This document shows, piece by piece, positions 10,125 through 22,310 of a stretch of DNA of 64,000 nt. Within the stretch, counting starts at the first letter, position 1. Every line of letters starts with the position of its first letter. The stretch spans positions 3,840,001 through 3,904,000 of the forward strand of contig JASGJH010000001.1 of the NCBI GenBank assembly GCA_047601445.1, in the 5' to 3' direction. The DNA comes from Myxococcales bacterium (lineage in GTDB: Bacteria; Myxococcota_A; Polyangia; Polyangiales; DASUME01). The notes beneath the pieces were generated by a model. That model saw only the letters and a list, made by a program, of their open reading frames with translations. It was not told the origin of the DNA and ran no database searches. Both the position numbers and the translations under genes were made by a program.

Positions 10125-10539
10125 CCCACCCGAAGCCCCTGGTAGCGGAGCGCGGACGGCTTCCCTCTGGCTGGCCGAGAGTCGCCCACCCGAAGCCCCT
10201 GGTAGCGGAGCGCGGACGGCTTCCCTCTGGCTGGCCGAGAGTCGCGCCATGGATCGAGCGCCACGCCGTGGGGACGGTCATGGGGTCGCTTCTGGTCTTG
10301 GTGCGCAAGGCGCGCAGGAAGCGCGCAGGCTCAGTCTCCGTCGGATCGTTCGCTGATAGGGTCCACCGGTCTCGCTTCGCTTCTGATCGGGGCGCGCCAA
10401 GACTCGGCGCCAGAGGGAAGCCGTCCGCACTCCGCTACCAGGGGCCCCGTGTGTTCTCTAAGGCTACTCGAGTGGCGCTCGCCTCATGGCGCGACTCTCG
10501 GTAGCCAGAGGGAAGCCGTCCGCGCTCCGCTGCCAGAGG
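10125..10539. repeat. REP/BIME- or MITE-like element: four copies of a ~40-60 bp unit
   Basis: Perfect 60-bp tandem duplication (10125-10184, 10185-10244); reverse-complement copies at 10409-10445 and 10485-10539. Confidence 0.9.
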
Positions 10540-12039
10540 TCACGTGAGCCGCAGCCCCCGCGGCACGAGAAAGCGCTCGGCCAACTCGAATGCGCCTTGA
10601 ACCGCGAGCGCGAGCAGCGCGGCCGGGATCGCGCCGCTCAAGATGAGCCCGTAGTCGTCGAGGCGAATGCCGCGCAAGATCGGCTCTCCCAGCCCACCGG
10701 CGCCGATCAGAGCCCCCAGCGTGGCGGTGCCCACGTTGAGCACGGCCGCGGTCTTGATGCCCGACAGGATCGCCCGGGAAGCGAGCGGTAGCTCGACCTT
10801 GAACAGACGCGTGCGCGCCCCCAGCCCGAGCATCAATCCTGCTTCGCGCAGGCCGGGCTCGATGCCCGTGAGGCCTGTGTACGTGTTGCGGACGATGGGC
10901 AGCAGGCTGTAGAGAAACAAGGCGGCGATGGCCGGGGCGGCGCCGATTCCGAGCAGCGGGATCATGAAGACCAGGAGCGCGAGGGAAGGCAGGGTCTGCA
11001 GGGTGGCCACCGCGCCGAGCACGAGTTGGCCGCAGGCACGGTAGCGCGCGGAGAGTACGCCAAGTGGCAGCGCCACCGCGATGGCCGCCATCAACGACGA
11101 GAGCACCAGCACGAGATGTTCGCGCACCGGGCGCCACCACGACGTGAGGTGCGGCGTGCTCGGGACCGCGATGCCCAGTCGCTCGGAGAGCCAGAGCTGC
11201 GCGACCTCGAGCTCACTTTGGTAACCGAACTTCACGCGCGCGTTCAGCTGCCGCATGGTGTCCGCGTCGAGGGTCCCGGCGAGGCGACCGAGCTGCCGTA
11301 CGAGTTCGGGGTGTTCGCGGGCCCAGCGTGCGCGCATGACATAGTGCGCCTGATACTCGGGAAATACCGCACGATCGTCGATGAGTAGCGCCAGCTCGTG
11401 CTCGAGGATCTCGGCGTCCGTGGTGTAGAGGTCGGTCACGTCCACCGCGCCACTCACCAGCCCCCGATAGGCCAGGTCGTGGTCTAGCTCCCGCACTTGT
11501 ACGGTAGCGAGCTGATAGCGCTCGCTCAAGAGGGGCCAGCCGTCGGCGCGCCCCATGAACTCGGCGGTCATGCCGAAGCGCAGCGCCGGGTGGCGCGCGA
11601 GCTCGCTCAAGCGTGTGATGCCGAGGGCACGGGCGCGCTCCCTGCGCATGCCGATGGCGTAGCGATTGTCGAAGCCGAGTGCCTGTCCCAGGGACACACC
11701 GCGATCCGCGAGTTCGCGCGTGAGCGCGCTCGAGTCGTCGGCGCGGATGCGCAGGATCTCGCGGGTCAAGGTGCCGGTGTACTCGGGATAGAGATCGATC
11801 TCTCCTCGCTCGAGCGCACGCCAGAGCACGCGCGTGCCCCCGAGCGCGGCGCGGTGCTCCACCTGAGCGCCCGTCGCGCGCGCGACACCTGCTGCCAGCT
11901 CGGCCAATACCACCGACTCGGTGAACTGCTTGGACCCCACACGCAGCGAGGGTGCCTCTGCGCTCTCGCATGCCAGCGAGCCCAGGAACAGCACGCTCCC
12001 GGCGAGCAGCGCGCTAGCTCGGACGACGGCTCGCCTCAT
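10540..12039 (-). CDS. Osmoprotectant (glycine betaine/choline) ABC transporter, fused substrate-binding + permease
   Basis: OpuAC-type VGSKQFTES and DLYPEYTGT; permease QTLPSLAL and LIGAGGLG. Confidence 0.93.
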   Translation of the reverse strand: MRRAVVRASALLAGSVLFLGSLACESAEAPSLRVGSKQFTESVVLAELAAGVARATGAQVEHRAALGGTRVLWRALERGEIDLYPEYTGTLTREILRIRADDSSALTRELADRGVSLGQALGFDNRYAIGMRRERARALGITRLSELARHPALRFGMTAEFMGRADGWPLLSERYQLATVQVRELDHDLAYRGLVSGAVDVTDLYTTDAEILEHELALLIDDRAVFPEYQAHYVMRARWAREHPELVRQLGRLAGTLDADTMRQLNARVKFGYQSELEVAQLWLSERLGIAVPSTPHLTSWWRPVREHLVLVLSSLMAAIAVALPLGVLSARYRACGQLVLGAVATLQTLPSLALLVFMIPLLGIGAAPAIAALFLYSLLPIVRNTYTGLTGIEPGLREAGLMLGLGARTRLFKVELPLASRAILSGIKTAAVLNVGTATLGALIGAGGLGEPILRGIRLDDYGLILSGAIPAALLALAVQGAFELAERFLVPRGLRLT

Positions 12040-12830
12040 CCCGAGGATCCCGTCGGGTGCCCTTCGGGTCCCAGCGGCGGGCGCTGCGAGCTGACGAACT
12101 TGCGCGCGAACTCGTCCACGGGCGAGCCCACGAGCTGCGCGAAGCTGCCTTGCTGTACGATGGTTCCGTCGCGCATCAGCGCCACCCAGTCGGCGAAATG
12201 GGATGCCTCGGCCAGGTCGTGCGTAACCATGAGCACGGCCTTCCCCAAGCGTCGGAAGATCTCGCGCAGCTCCAACTGAAGCTCCGCGCGCGTGATCGGG
12301 TCGAGGGCTCCGAACGGTTCGTCGAGCAACAAGAGGCCGGGGTCGAGCATGAGGGCTCGCATCAAGCCCACCCGCTGACGTTCTCCTCCCGAGAGCTGCA
12401 AGGGGTAGTGGCTCAGGCGCGTCCTGGGCAGCCGCAGCAGCTCACCGAGTGTGTCCATGCGCTCCTCGATGCGCGCCGCGCTCCACTTCAGCTCACGCGC
12501 CACGAGCGCCACGTTGTCGCGCGCGCTCAGGTGCGGAAAGAGTCCGCCGTCCTGCACGCAGTACCCCAGCTTTCGGCGCACCGAGACGACGTTGTCGAGA
12601 TCGAGCCGGGTACCCAGGACGCTCACCTCACCGTGGCTCGGTCGCGCCAGGCCCATGCATAGGCGCAGCACGCTGGATTTTCCGGCGCCGCTGACCCCGA
12701 GCAGCACCCCCGTCTCGGCGTGCCGCAAACGCAGGCTGACCTGCCGCAGGATCTGCGCGGAGCCGACCTGCAGCGAAACCTCCCGCAGTTCGAGCGCCGG
12801 CCCCGCATCTCGACGTTGGTCCATGGACAC
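12036..12830 (-). CDS. Osmoprotectant ABC transporter ATP-binding subunit
   Basis: Walker A GVSGAGKS, LSGGERQR, LLLDEPFGALDPITR; overlaps the permease start. Confidence 0.93.
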   Translation of the reverse strand: MSMDQRRDAGPALELREVSLQVGSAQILRQVSLRLRHAETGVLLGVSGAGKSSVLRLCMGLARPSHGEVSVLGTRLDLDNVVSVRRKLGYCVQDGGLFPHLSARDNVALVARELKWSAARIEERMDTLGELLRLPRTRLSHYPLQLSGGERQRVGLMRALMLDPGLLLLDEPFGALDPITRAELQLELREIFRRLGKAVLMVTHDLAEASHFADWVALMRDGTIVQQGSFAQLVGSPVDEFARKFVSSQRPPLGPEGHPTGSSG

Positions 12831-12936
12831 GCGCGGACGCGACCTCCTCCAACCAAGAATGTGCTCACGGCTCTTGCTCCCTGCAAACCGTGCATACGTG
12901 TGCGTTTGACGTCGTGACCATCAAGGGAGCCCTACG

Positions 12937-13695
12937 ATGATGCGAACTTCTCTGCGCGTTTTGACGGCATCGCTGGTGATTTCGGCATGTTCCAAGAACG
13001 GAAGCGCCCCCAGTTCCGAGCTACCCATGTCCGAACAGGTGGTCTACGCGCCGGTGAACAGCGAGGTCGAGCCCGTGGAAACCGGACTTGCGCCTGCGGT
13101 GGCCTCGCCCGACCCTGGCGCCGGCGGGCCTGCTGCGACGCCTGGCGTGCCCGATGCCGTGAGCGCGCCGATGGGCGAGGTGGCCGCTGCGCCAGCCCCG
13201 GAGACCGCGGGCATGGGCCAGGTTCAAGCCCTCACGGACGCGCAGATCGTGAAGGTCACCGAGGTCGTCAACAGCGGAGAGATCGAGCAAGCCAAGCTCG
13301 CGCGCAGCAAGTCCAAGTACCCCTCGGTGAAGTCCTTCGCGGCCACGCTGGTCACACAGCACACCAAGGCCAAGCAGGACGAGAAGAGCTTCGTGGCCAA
13401 GCAGCGGCTCGTCCCCGAAGACAGCCCCACGGCCACCGACGTCGGCAGCAAGGTCCAGTCGACACTCGAGGCTCTCAAGGCCACGGACAAGGCCGACTTC
13501 GATCGCCTCTACGTCGATGCCCAGGTGCAGCAGTATCAGGCGGCCCTCAACCTGATCGACGAGCACTTGCTCCCGAGCGCCAGCGACGAGCAGCTCAAGG
13601 CGCGCCTCACGCAGACTCGCACACTGATGGAAGGTCACCTCAGCGCGGCCAAGGAGTTGCAGAGCACGCTGGTCGCGTCGGCCTCCGGCCCCTGA
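12937..13695 (+). CDS. DUF4142 domain lipoprotein
   Basis: Lipobox ISAC, P/A-rich linker, LTDAQI..NSGEIEQAKLA..FDRLYVDAQV..HL pattern; RBS AAGGGAG. Confidence 0.85.
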   Translation: MMRTSLRVLTASLVISACSKNGSAPSSELPMSEQVVYAPVNSEVEPVETGLAPAVASPDPGAGGPAATPGVPDAVSAPMGEVAAAPAPETAGMGQVQALTDAQIVKVTEVVNSGEIEQAKLARSKSKYPSVKSFAATLVTQHTKAKQDEKSFVAKQRLVPEDSPTATDVGSKVQSTLEALKATDKADFDRLYVDAQVQQYQAALNLIDEHLLPSASDEQLKARLTQTRTLMEGHLSAAKELQSTLVASASGP

Positions 13696-13803
13696 GCAGG
13701 CGCTTGCGCAACTCGAGAAGCTCGCACGCCGCTCGTTGCGCAAGAAGACCCGTAGTGGGGCTCCATGGCGGGTCAAACCGCGTGATCGTTGGAGGTTCGG
13801 GGA

Positions 13804-13819
13804 CGGCACGACCGTTGCT
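13804..13819 (+). promoter_or_regulatory. Sigma-54 (-24/-12) promoter upstream of the DUF3455 gene
   Basis: CGGCACGACCGTTGCT matches GGCAC-N5-TTGC, about 85 bp before the ATG at 13903. Confidence 0.7.
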
Positions 13820-13902
13820 CATGTGGGCATCGCAGCGGACGTACGCGATCTTCGGGTCCAACCCCGATCACGTCGCGTTCGCTCGAACCACAAGAGGAAC
13901 GC

Positions 13903-14480
13903 ATGCCCCTGACCAATAAGACCTTCACCTTGCTCGCCCTCCCCCTCTGTGCGGCCCTGACCGCTTGCGCCGCCGACCCGCAGGACGACGCCGACCTCGT
14001 CGAGTCGGACGAGCTTCCCTCCGAGTCGTCGCAGGCTCTGCAGTCGGTGCCAGAGAGCCTCGCCGTGCCCGCCGGAAACCACCTCGGCTTCTGGCTGCCT
14101 GCCAAGGGCGTGCAGATCTACAAGTGCGCGCTCGCCGCGAGCGGCAGCTACACCTGGACCTTCGTGGAGCCCGAAGCCGACCTGTTCGGCCCATTCGGCA
14201 AGATCGTGGTGGGACACCACTACGTGGGCCCGACCTGGGAGGCCTTCGACGGCAGCACCGTGGTGGCCTCCAAGGTCGCGGGCGAGACGGTCGACGCCAC
14301 GGCAATCCCGTGGCTGCTGCTGAAGGCGGTCTCCAACACGGGTCCGGGCCTGATGGCCAAGGTGACGTACATCCAGCGCCTCTACACGGTGGGAGGCCTC
14401 GCGCCCAGCACGGGCTGCGACGCCGACCACGCGGGCGCCGAAGCCGACGTCCCCTACACCGCGACCTATACCTTCTACCG

Positions 14481-14484
<4 letters not shown>
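13903..14484 (+). CDS. DUF3455 domain lipoprotein
   Basis: Lipobox LTAC; AKGVQIYKC, GHHYVGPTWE..DGS, AIPWLLL, YIQRLYTVGG.AP..C, VPYTATY motifs. Confidence 0.88.
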
Positions 14485-15916
<1,432 letters not shown>

Positions 15917-15920
<4 letters not shown>

Positions 15921-17587
15921 GCTGCCCGCCTTACGTACGGCACCCGTACCTTGAATGTCGTCCCTCTACCCACGGCGCTCTCCACTTCCACGCTGCCTCC
16001 ATGCAGATCCAGTGCGCGCTTCACCACCGACAATCCGAGGCCCGTCCCGGGCAGCGCCGCCACGTTTTCGCCGCGGTGGAACGCCTCGAACAAGTGTTCT
16101 CGATCGCGCTCCGAGATGCCGATGCCCTCATCGCGCACCTCGATGGCGAGCTCGTCTCCCTCACGCCCCACGCACAACGACACGCGCCCGCCGTTGGGCG
16201 AGTACTTGATCGCGTTGGAGAGCAGATTCTCGATCACGTGCCGCAACAGGGATTCGTCCGCAAAGACCGGCTCGTCGATCGTCATTTGAAGGTCCAGGCG
16301 ATGACCGGCCTGCGCGCCGCGGGCGGCCAACTCCATGACCTCCTCGCACAGGCCCGCGAGGTCGACCTCCCTGGGCTTGAATTCGAGCTTGCCGGCGTCG
16401 GCGCGCCCGATCATCAACACAGCATCGAGCATGCGGGTCATGCCGATCACGGCCGTGCGAATGCGCGCGAAGTGCTGCCCCTTCTTCTGAGCACCCCAGC
16501 GCGCGTCGTAGGCTTCGAGCATCTCGCTCGATGACATGATGGCGCTCAGCGGCGTGCGGAACTCGTGTGACGTCATGGACACGAAGCGGGTCTTGAGCTC
16601 GCTGAGCTCACGCTGCTTTGCTTGCTCCTCGCGCAAGCTCACCAACACCGCGGCGAGTTGCTCGCTGGTTTGCTGCAAATGCTCGGCGTAGAGCCGCATG
16701 CGAGCGATCACATAGAGCGCACCTGCCACCACGGCGCACAGCAACAGGCCAAACGACAGCTCGTCGTCGCGATGACTGCGCTCGAGGGCTTGGCGGCGCA
16801 CCTTGTCGTAGCTGGCTCGCAGGGTCTCGATGGGCGCGAGGAACACGGGATCGACGATTTGGCTCACCAGGGCTTCGACCACCGGCGCGTGCTCACGCAC
16901 TGCGCGCGCATGCTCCAGCACCAAAGAAAGTTCGCTCGAGAGGTTCGGCACGGCGCTCGGGAGGCGAGCCATCGCGGCGCTGCCGTTGCCGGCAACGCTC
17001 GCGGGCACGGCCAGGCGGTCGAGTCGTGCGCTGATGCGCCCGAGGATGGCGGGATCGAGCTGGAAGCGTAGGAGCAGCACGTCGCGGACCAGGGCATTGG
17101 CGTCCTGCTTGAATGCGGACTCTACCTCTCCGCGATCGTGGAACGCGTCGAGGGCGCGGGCCGCCACGGGTAGGAACAGCAGCGAGTTGCGCACCAGGGC
17201 GTTCTCGGTCTTGAAGCGCTCGAGCAGCGCGCCGAGACGTCGCGACTCCCGCTCGGAGGCTGCCACGCCGCGCACGAGCCCCTCACGCAGCGCAGGCTCG
17301 AGAAAACGCGGGGGCTCGCGCAGCCGCGCGTGCAGGCGCACGAGCGCCGCTTGGGCCTGGACCAATCCGTCGTAGTGCCCCACCAGGGCCAGGCGTGTCT
17401 TGAGGGTCTGGGAGGTGAGCTCGACGTTCAGCGCCTGCACCGCGTCGAGCGCCCGTGCGTAGTGCTCGGCCTCACGCGCGTCGCTGCGCCGGCCCCAGGT
17501 CCAGGCGCGCTGTGCGAGGCCCGCCACTGCGAAGCCCAGGAGGGCCGCCAACATGACCCGCCGCACGCGCTCCCAGTCGCTTCTCAC
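15917..17587 (-). CDS. Sensor histidine kinase with DAHL-like periplasmic domain
   Basis: Two TM helices around a helical domain (HYDGLV, FKTENALVRNSL); H-box SHEFRTPL; HATPase N/G boxes. Confidence 0.88.
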
Positions 17588-18654
17588 AGCGGCCTCCCGC
17601 GCAGCTCACCGGTCAGGGAACGCAAGAACGCGACGATCTCCGCCGCCTTGTCCCCGGGCAAGTCACGCCCGAGCTGCACCCGCGCCATGGTGGTCACCGC
17701 CTCCTCGAGGGTCCACACCGAACCGTCGTGAAAGTACGGGGCCGTCAGGGCCACGTTGCGCAGGCTAGGCACCCTGAACACGAAGCGATCCGCTTCCTGT
17801 CCGGTCTCCGCGAAACGACCGAAGTCCGCTTGCGAGACGCCCCCGCGCGCACGGAAGTAGTCCCGCATCACGCCGAAGCGCTGGAACATGTTGCCCCCGA
17901 CGTTCACGCCCTGATGGCAGCTGATGCAGCCGTAGTCCCGAAAGGTGTCGTAGCCCCGTTGTTCCTCTGCACTCAGGGAAAGCTCGCCGCGCAAGAATCG
18001 ATCGAAGCGAGCGTTGGGCGTGACCAGCGAACGACAGTAGGCCACGAGCGCATCGCGCAGGCTGTCCACGCTCAACCCGCCAGGATAAGCCGCTCGAAAT
18101 CCCGCGCTGAGATCTCCGTCGCGAACGAGCTGCGCGAGCGCGCGCTCCCAGCTGCTCGCCATGGCGGCTGGACTGCCCATGGCGAAGTCGAGCTGCTGCT
18201 CGATGGTGGCGAAGCGCCCGTTCCACGCATAGCGAAAGTCGAAAGCCACGTTGAACACGGACGGCACGTTGACCTTGCCGCGCGGTCTTCCTGGTGCCTC
18301 GGAGCTGACCCGACCATCGGCCCCGCCGTGAGCGAGCGAGTGGCAGTCGACGCAGGCGACGCTGCCATCCCCCGAGAGGCGCGAATCCTGGAACAGACGC
18401 TCCCCGAGCGCGACTCGCGCAGGATCCACGTCGACGCGTTCAGGCAGCGGTTCGATGGCCCGCGTGACGCTGCGCGACGACCTGGCGGCGACGAGCGCGC
18501 TCTCCTGCTCTCGAGGTTCTTCGACCTCGAGCGGCGCGCACGCAGACGCGAGCACGCAACCTGCAATGCAACCTGCAAACCAGGCCCACAGTAGGCCCGT
18601 GCAATACGGACTGAGTCTGCGCGGCCCTAGCACCGCGGGAGTATACGGACCCAC
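17584..18654 (-). CDS. Di-heme cytochrome c peroxidase/MauG-family protein
   Basis: CVDCH and CISCH heme motifs, NVPSVFN, WNGR, FRVPSLRNVALTAPYFHDGS. Confidence 0.93.
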   Translation of the reverse strand: MGPYTPAVLGPRRLSPYCTGLLWAWFAGCIAGCVLASACAPLEVEEPREQESALVAARSSRSVTRAIEPLPERVDVDPARVALGERLFQDSRLSGDGSVACVDCHSLAHGGADGRVSSEAPGRPRGKVNVPSVFNVAFDFRYAWNGRFATIEQQLDFAMGSPAAMASSWERALAQLVRDGDLSAGFRAAYPGGLSVDSLRDALVAYCRSLVTPNARFDRFLRGELSLSAEEQRGYDTFRDYGCISCHQGVNVGGNMFQRFGVMRDYFRARGGVSQADFGRFAETGQEADRFVFRVPSLRNVALTAPYFHDGSVWTLEEAVTTMARVQLGRDLPGDKAAEIVAFLRSLTGELRGRPL

Positions 18655-18725
18655 TCTGACACTCTCTGTAGTGGTTTCTTCGGTCGTCCCATTTTGCGCA
18701 GATTGCGCAAGCGTGCGAGCCCTGT

Positions 18726-18759
18726 GGACGTTCGGGCATGTGTTACGGACGTTCGGACA
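18726..18759. promoter_or_regulatory. Direct-repeat operator candidate between divergent genes
   Basis: GGACGTTCGG(G/A)CA at 18726-18738 and 18747-18759, 21-bp period. Confidence 0.45.
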
Positions 18760-18966
18760 AAGCTCGGCTGGACAGCCCGCGCCCTACGTCGGCTCGGGCC
18801 GCCGCCTTCCCCGCCTGACATCGATTGCCTACGAGCCACTCAAACCAGCAACAACTTCCGGCAGATCGGAGCGCAGAGAGGCCCCAGCGGATCGGCGTGG
18901 CGAGGCAGTCTCTTGGGGTCGCCAGGTGGTGAGCCGAGCGGCCAACACGGGGGTAAACTGCCCGGG

Positions 18967-19578
18967 ATGTTCTACGAAACGCGCCTCGACGACCATGGCT
19001 TGCCCGCCGACCCGCTGAAGGCCCTGGTGATTCCGCGCCCCATCGGCTGGATTTCCACGCGTAGCAAGAGCGGTCAGGTGAACCTGGCGCCATACAGCTT
19101 CTTCAACATGATCCACGACGAGCCCCCGATCGTGCTGTTCTCTTCCGGGGGCCTCAAGGACAGCGCTGCCTTCGCCATCGAGTCGGGTGAATTCGTGGTC
19201 AACCTGGTGAGCGAACCTCTCATGGTGGCCGCCAATGCGAGCGCCGTGAACGCTCCTCGCGGAGAGAGTGAGTTCGCCTACGCCAAGGTCACCGAAGCCC
19301 CAGCGCGCCTCGTCGGAGCCCCGCGCGTGGCCGAAGCCATGGCATCGCTCGAGTGCAAGGTCACCCAGAGCTTCCACCCGCGCACCCTCGATGGCAGCGC
19401 GGACGATGCCGTGGTCGTCGTGGGCCAAGTGGTGGGCGTGTTCATCGATGAGCGCATCTTGACGAACGGTCGCGTGGACGTGGCCAAGCTGCTGCCCGTG
19501 GGGCGACTCGGTTACTCGGACTTCGGCGTGATCCGCGCGGGCATCACGGTGCGCCGCCCCAAGTGGAACGACGGCTGA
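18967..19578 (+). CDS. Flavin reductase family protein (DIM6/NTAB)
   Basis: PRPIGWIST, NLAPYSFFN, KDS..FVVN, GRLGY. Confidence 0.92.
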   Translation: MFYETRLDDHGLPADPLKALVIPRPIGWISTRSKSGQVNLAPYSFFNMIHDEPPIVLFSSGGLKDSAAFAIESGEFVVNLVSEPLMVAANASAVNAPRGESEFAYAKVTEAPARLVGAPRVAEAMASLECKVTQSFHPRTLDGSADDAVVVVGQVVGVFIDERILTNGRVDVAKLLPVGRLGYSDFGVIRAGITVRRPKWNDG

Positions 19579-19737
19579 CAGGGAAGCGCCCTATCGCGGC
19601 ACGCCCTGGATGCAGGCGTCCTCGGACGAGAGCACCTCACGCGCGAGCTCGATTCAGGGTTAAACCCACTGACTCCGGTGAAGCACACGCCTAGAGCACG
19701 AGTCGTTCGACCCATCACAAACAGGAGAACCTCTCGC

Positions 19738-20076
19738 ATGCTCAAGAAAATGCTCGCCCCTCTGTTCGCCATGCTCGCGCTGTCCGCCTGCGGTGACGAC
19801 GATGACGGCGGCAGCCACGGGACCGCCCAAGCCAACCCTCAGATCCATGCCTACTGCGAGGCAAACTGTAAGAAGAACGACGAGTGCGGCGTAAAGACGC
19901 TGTTCGAGGGCGGCGATTGCGTCACCGTGTGCGAGGGATTCACCACGGCCTTCGGGGAATGCAAGCCGAGCCAGGCCGTCACCGACGCCTGCATCAAGGC
20001 CATCCAGGCAAACACCTGTGACGCCCAGATGAACGACGACGAACCCGAGGAATGCGACGCCATCTGCCCGGAGTAA
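19738..20076 (+). CDS. Small Cys-rich lipoprotein
   Basis: RBS AGGAG, lipobox LSAC, poly-Asp linker, 10 further Cys. Confidence 0.8.
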   Translation: MLKKMLAPLFAMLALSACGDDDDGGSHGTAQANPQIHAYCEANCKKNDECGVKTLFEGGDCVTVCEGFTTAFGECKPSQAVTDACIKAIQANTCDAQMNDDEPEECDAICPE

Positions 20077-20136
20077 GCAGAGGCACGATGAGGGGCGCAG
20101 GTCACCCCCGCATCGAACGGGACCTTCGCGAAACTG

Positions 20137-20904
20137 ATGATACGCTCGCGCCCCATGATCGGTGCACGCGCTTGGGGGGCGTTCGGGTGTTGGCTGTGGG
20201 TCGCGGCGTCCTTGCCGCTCCCCTGCGCGGCCGAAGACGCACCGCCGGCGGCATCCCCTGTCCCCTCCGATGCACCCCCGGCGACTTCCGAAGCAGCTCC
20301 CGGGCCTGCGGTGGACAACGCGACGCTGCCTCCAGCAAGTGACCCGGCTCCGCCTGCCGTGGGGGGAACGCCGGCCGCCACCGCCGTGCCGACCGCATCC
20401 ACCGTAAGCGCTCCGCCAAATGGACTCGATGGCGCGGCTCCGGTGGAGCCCCAGGGCGCTCTGGCCAGTCCCGGTTCGGCGTCCGCCCCACCGTCGCCCA
20501 GCCTGCCCAGCCCAGGCGTGGTCCCTCCGGCGTCCGCCTCTGCCGTGCCGGCTGCGGGGACGGCCTCTGCTCCCAGCGCGGCGGGGCCCCCCGTGGTAGC
20601 CAAGGTCCGCGGCCGCTCGAATGGACTGCGCGCGCTGCGTTGGGGTGGCCTCGCGCTGGCCGCCATCGGCATCAACGTGGCAGCGGGCAGCTACACCGCC
20701 TACGTCAACGGCGCCCACGAGCACAACCGCTACCAGGAGCTGCGCATGCTGAACGACGCCGGCTGGATCATGTGGGCAGTGGGTACGACGATGCACCTGG
20801 TGTCGTGGATGATCGACCCGCGCTTCAAGGAGACCAAGGCCGCGCCCGCCCCCTCGGTCGATGACCGCAACCGAGCCGCCCTTCTGGGACCTCGCAGGTA
20901 CTGA
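20137..20904 (+). CDS. Pro/Ala-rich exported hypothetical protein with C-terminal hydrophobic segments
   Basis: Signal-like N-terminus, low-complexity linker, two hydrophobic helices; 2 bp from the next gene. Confidence 0.65.
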   Translation: MIRSRPMIGARAWGAFGCWLWVAASLPLPCAAEDAPPAASPVPSDAPPATSEAAPGPAVDNATLPPASDPAPPAVGGTPAATAVPTASTVSAPPNGLDGAAPVEPQGALASPGSASAPPSPSLPSPGVVPPASASAVPAAGTASAPSAAGPPVVAKVRGRSNGLRALRWGGLALAAIGINVAAGSYTAYVNGAHEHNRYQELRMLNDAGWIMWAVGTTMHLVSWMIDPRFKETKAAPAPSVDDRNRAALLGPRRY

Positions 20905-20906
20905 GC

Positions 20907-22286
20907 ATGCGCATGCGCTTTCAACTCTTGCTCTTGTCGATCTGCGCGCTGAGCAGCGCCTGTTTGCGCCTGATGGAGAAGGATCCGGGCGAGGACAACG
21001 TCGACACGACGCCCTATCCCCCCGGCTGGACGCCGATTCACGAAGGCGCGCTCAACGAGCCCTGTCGCTACGGCATCTCCTGTGACGACGAGTTGATCTG
21101 CGATCGCGACCGCGACCTCTGCGTGGAACCCGAATGTCGCTCCGACACCGACTGTGCGACCAAGCGCTGCTCCGGCGGCGTATGCGTCGTCGAATGCGAG
21201 TTCGACTTCGACTGTGATCTGTGGAGCTCGTGCATCAACCAGCGCTGCGTGGATACGACGGCCTGTGAACCTGGCAAGCCAGCGCCCCAGTGCGGCGCCC
21301 ATGCCTGCGATCGCACCACGCGCCACTGTGCCACGAGTTGCAACGAAAACGAGGACTGCGCCCCCGCGTACGCCTGTGACTACGGAGTGTGCAAGCCTGC
21401 GTGCACGCGTCGCGACGACCCGCTCTGCGATGGCTTCCTGTGCGATGTGTCCAACGGCACCTGCCAGCGCTACTGCTTCTCGCAAGATGGCTGCTTGGGA
21501 GCCTATCGCTGCGAGGACGATGCCTGTGTGCGCGACGAGCAGGCCACGCCCTGCCAAGTGTCGAATCCCAAGGTCTGCGGTAATTTCGCCTGCGATGCCT
21601 CACTCGGCTTGTGCGCATCGCACTGCGCCACCGACAACGATTGCGCCCAGGGCCGGGGCTGCGCTCCGGCTCGCTGCGAGGGCTCCTTCTGCAGCGAAAT
21701 CGCCAATGAGTGTCGCCCCACGTGCGATAGTGACAGGCGGGCCACCTGTGGCGAATATCGCTGCGATCTGAAAGCACACGTGTGCGAGAACGAGTGCTAC
21801 GACGACCAGGACTGCGGCTCCGGCTACGCCTGCAATACGTACACGCGCAGATGTGTGACCGACGGGTCGAGCAAGCCGTGCACCTCGGACCCGGACTGCG
21901 GCTCCTACGTGTGCGGTGGCAACGGCAAGTGCTTCACTCACTGCCGCGCTGACGCCGATTGCCGCGACGGCACCAAGTGCAGCTCCCTCGGCTACTGCGC
22001 CCTGCCCTGCGACCAAGCCTTCGACCCAGCCTGCAAGGGCTACGAGTGTCATGCCGGCGAGGGACTCTGCTACACCAAGTGCCTCGACACCCCGAGCTGC
22101 GACGAGGGCTACGGGTGCATCGACGAGCAGTGCGTTCCCGCGGCGAGCTGCAGCGCCGGTGCGAGCGCAGCCTGCGGTGCCTACGCGTGCGACCTGGGGG
22201 CCGGCAAGTGCTACACGCGCTGCACGACCGACAGCCAGTGCTCCTCCGGCAACGTCGGAGCCTGCGGGTTCGGCTCGTGCCTGTAG
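20907..22286 (+). CDS. Cys-rich repeat lipoprotein
   Basis: Lipobox SSAC; alternating CxxDxDC and CGxYxCD repeats. Confidence 0.85.
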   Translation: MRMRFQLLLLSICALSSACLRLMEKDPGEDNVDTTPYPPGWTPIHEGALNEPCRYGISCDDELICDRDRDLCVEPECRSDTDCATKRCSGGVCVVECEFDFDCDLWSSCINQRCVDTTACEPGKPAPQCGAHACDRTTRHCATSCNENEDCAPAYACDYGVCKPACTRRDDPLCDGFLCDVSNGTCQRYCFSQDGCLGAYRCEDDACVRDEQATPCQVSNPKVCGNFACDASLGLCASHCATDNDCAQGRGCAPARCEGSFCSEIANECRPTCDSDRRATCGEYRCDLKAHVCENECYDDQDCGSGYACNTYTRRCVTDGSSKPCTSDPDCGSYVCGGNGKCFTHCRADADCRDGTKCSSLGYCALPCDQAFDPACKGYECHAGEGLCYTKCLDTPSCDEGYGCIDEQCVPAASCSAGASAACGAYACDLGAGKCYTRCTTDSQCSSGNVGACGFGSCL

Positions 22287-22310
22287 CAGAAAGCTAGGCC
22301 GAGCTCCCGT

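Noticed and set aside
10125..10245. CRISPR array
   Set aside because: The two units are contiguous and identical with no spacers, the other copies are inverted, and no cas genes are present
12861..12880. Sigma54 promoter upstream of DUF4142 (and a similar ACGGCTCTTGC site near 35965)
   Set aside because: Lacks the invariant GG at -24
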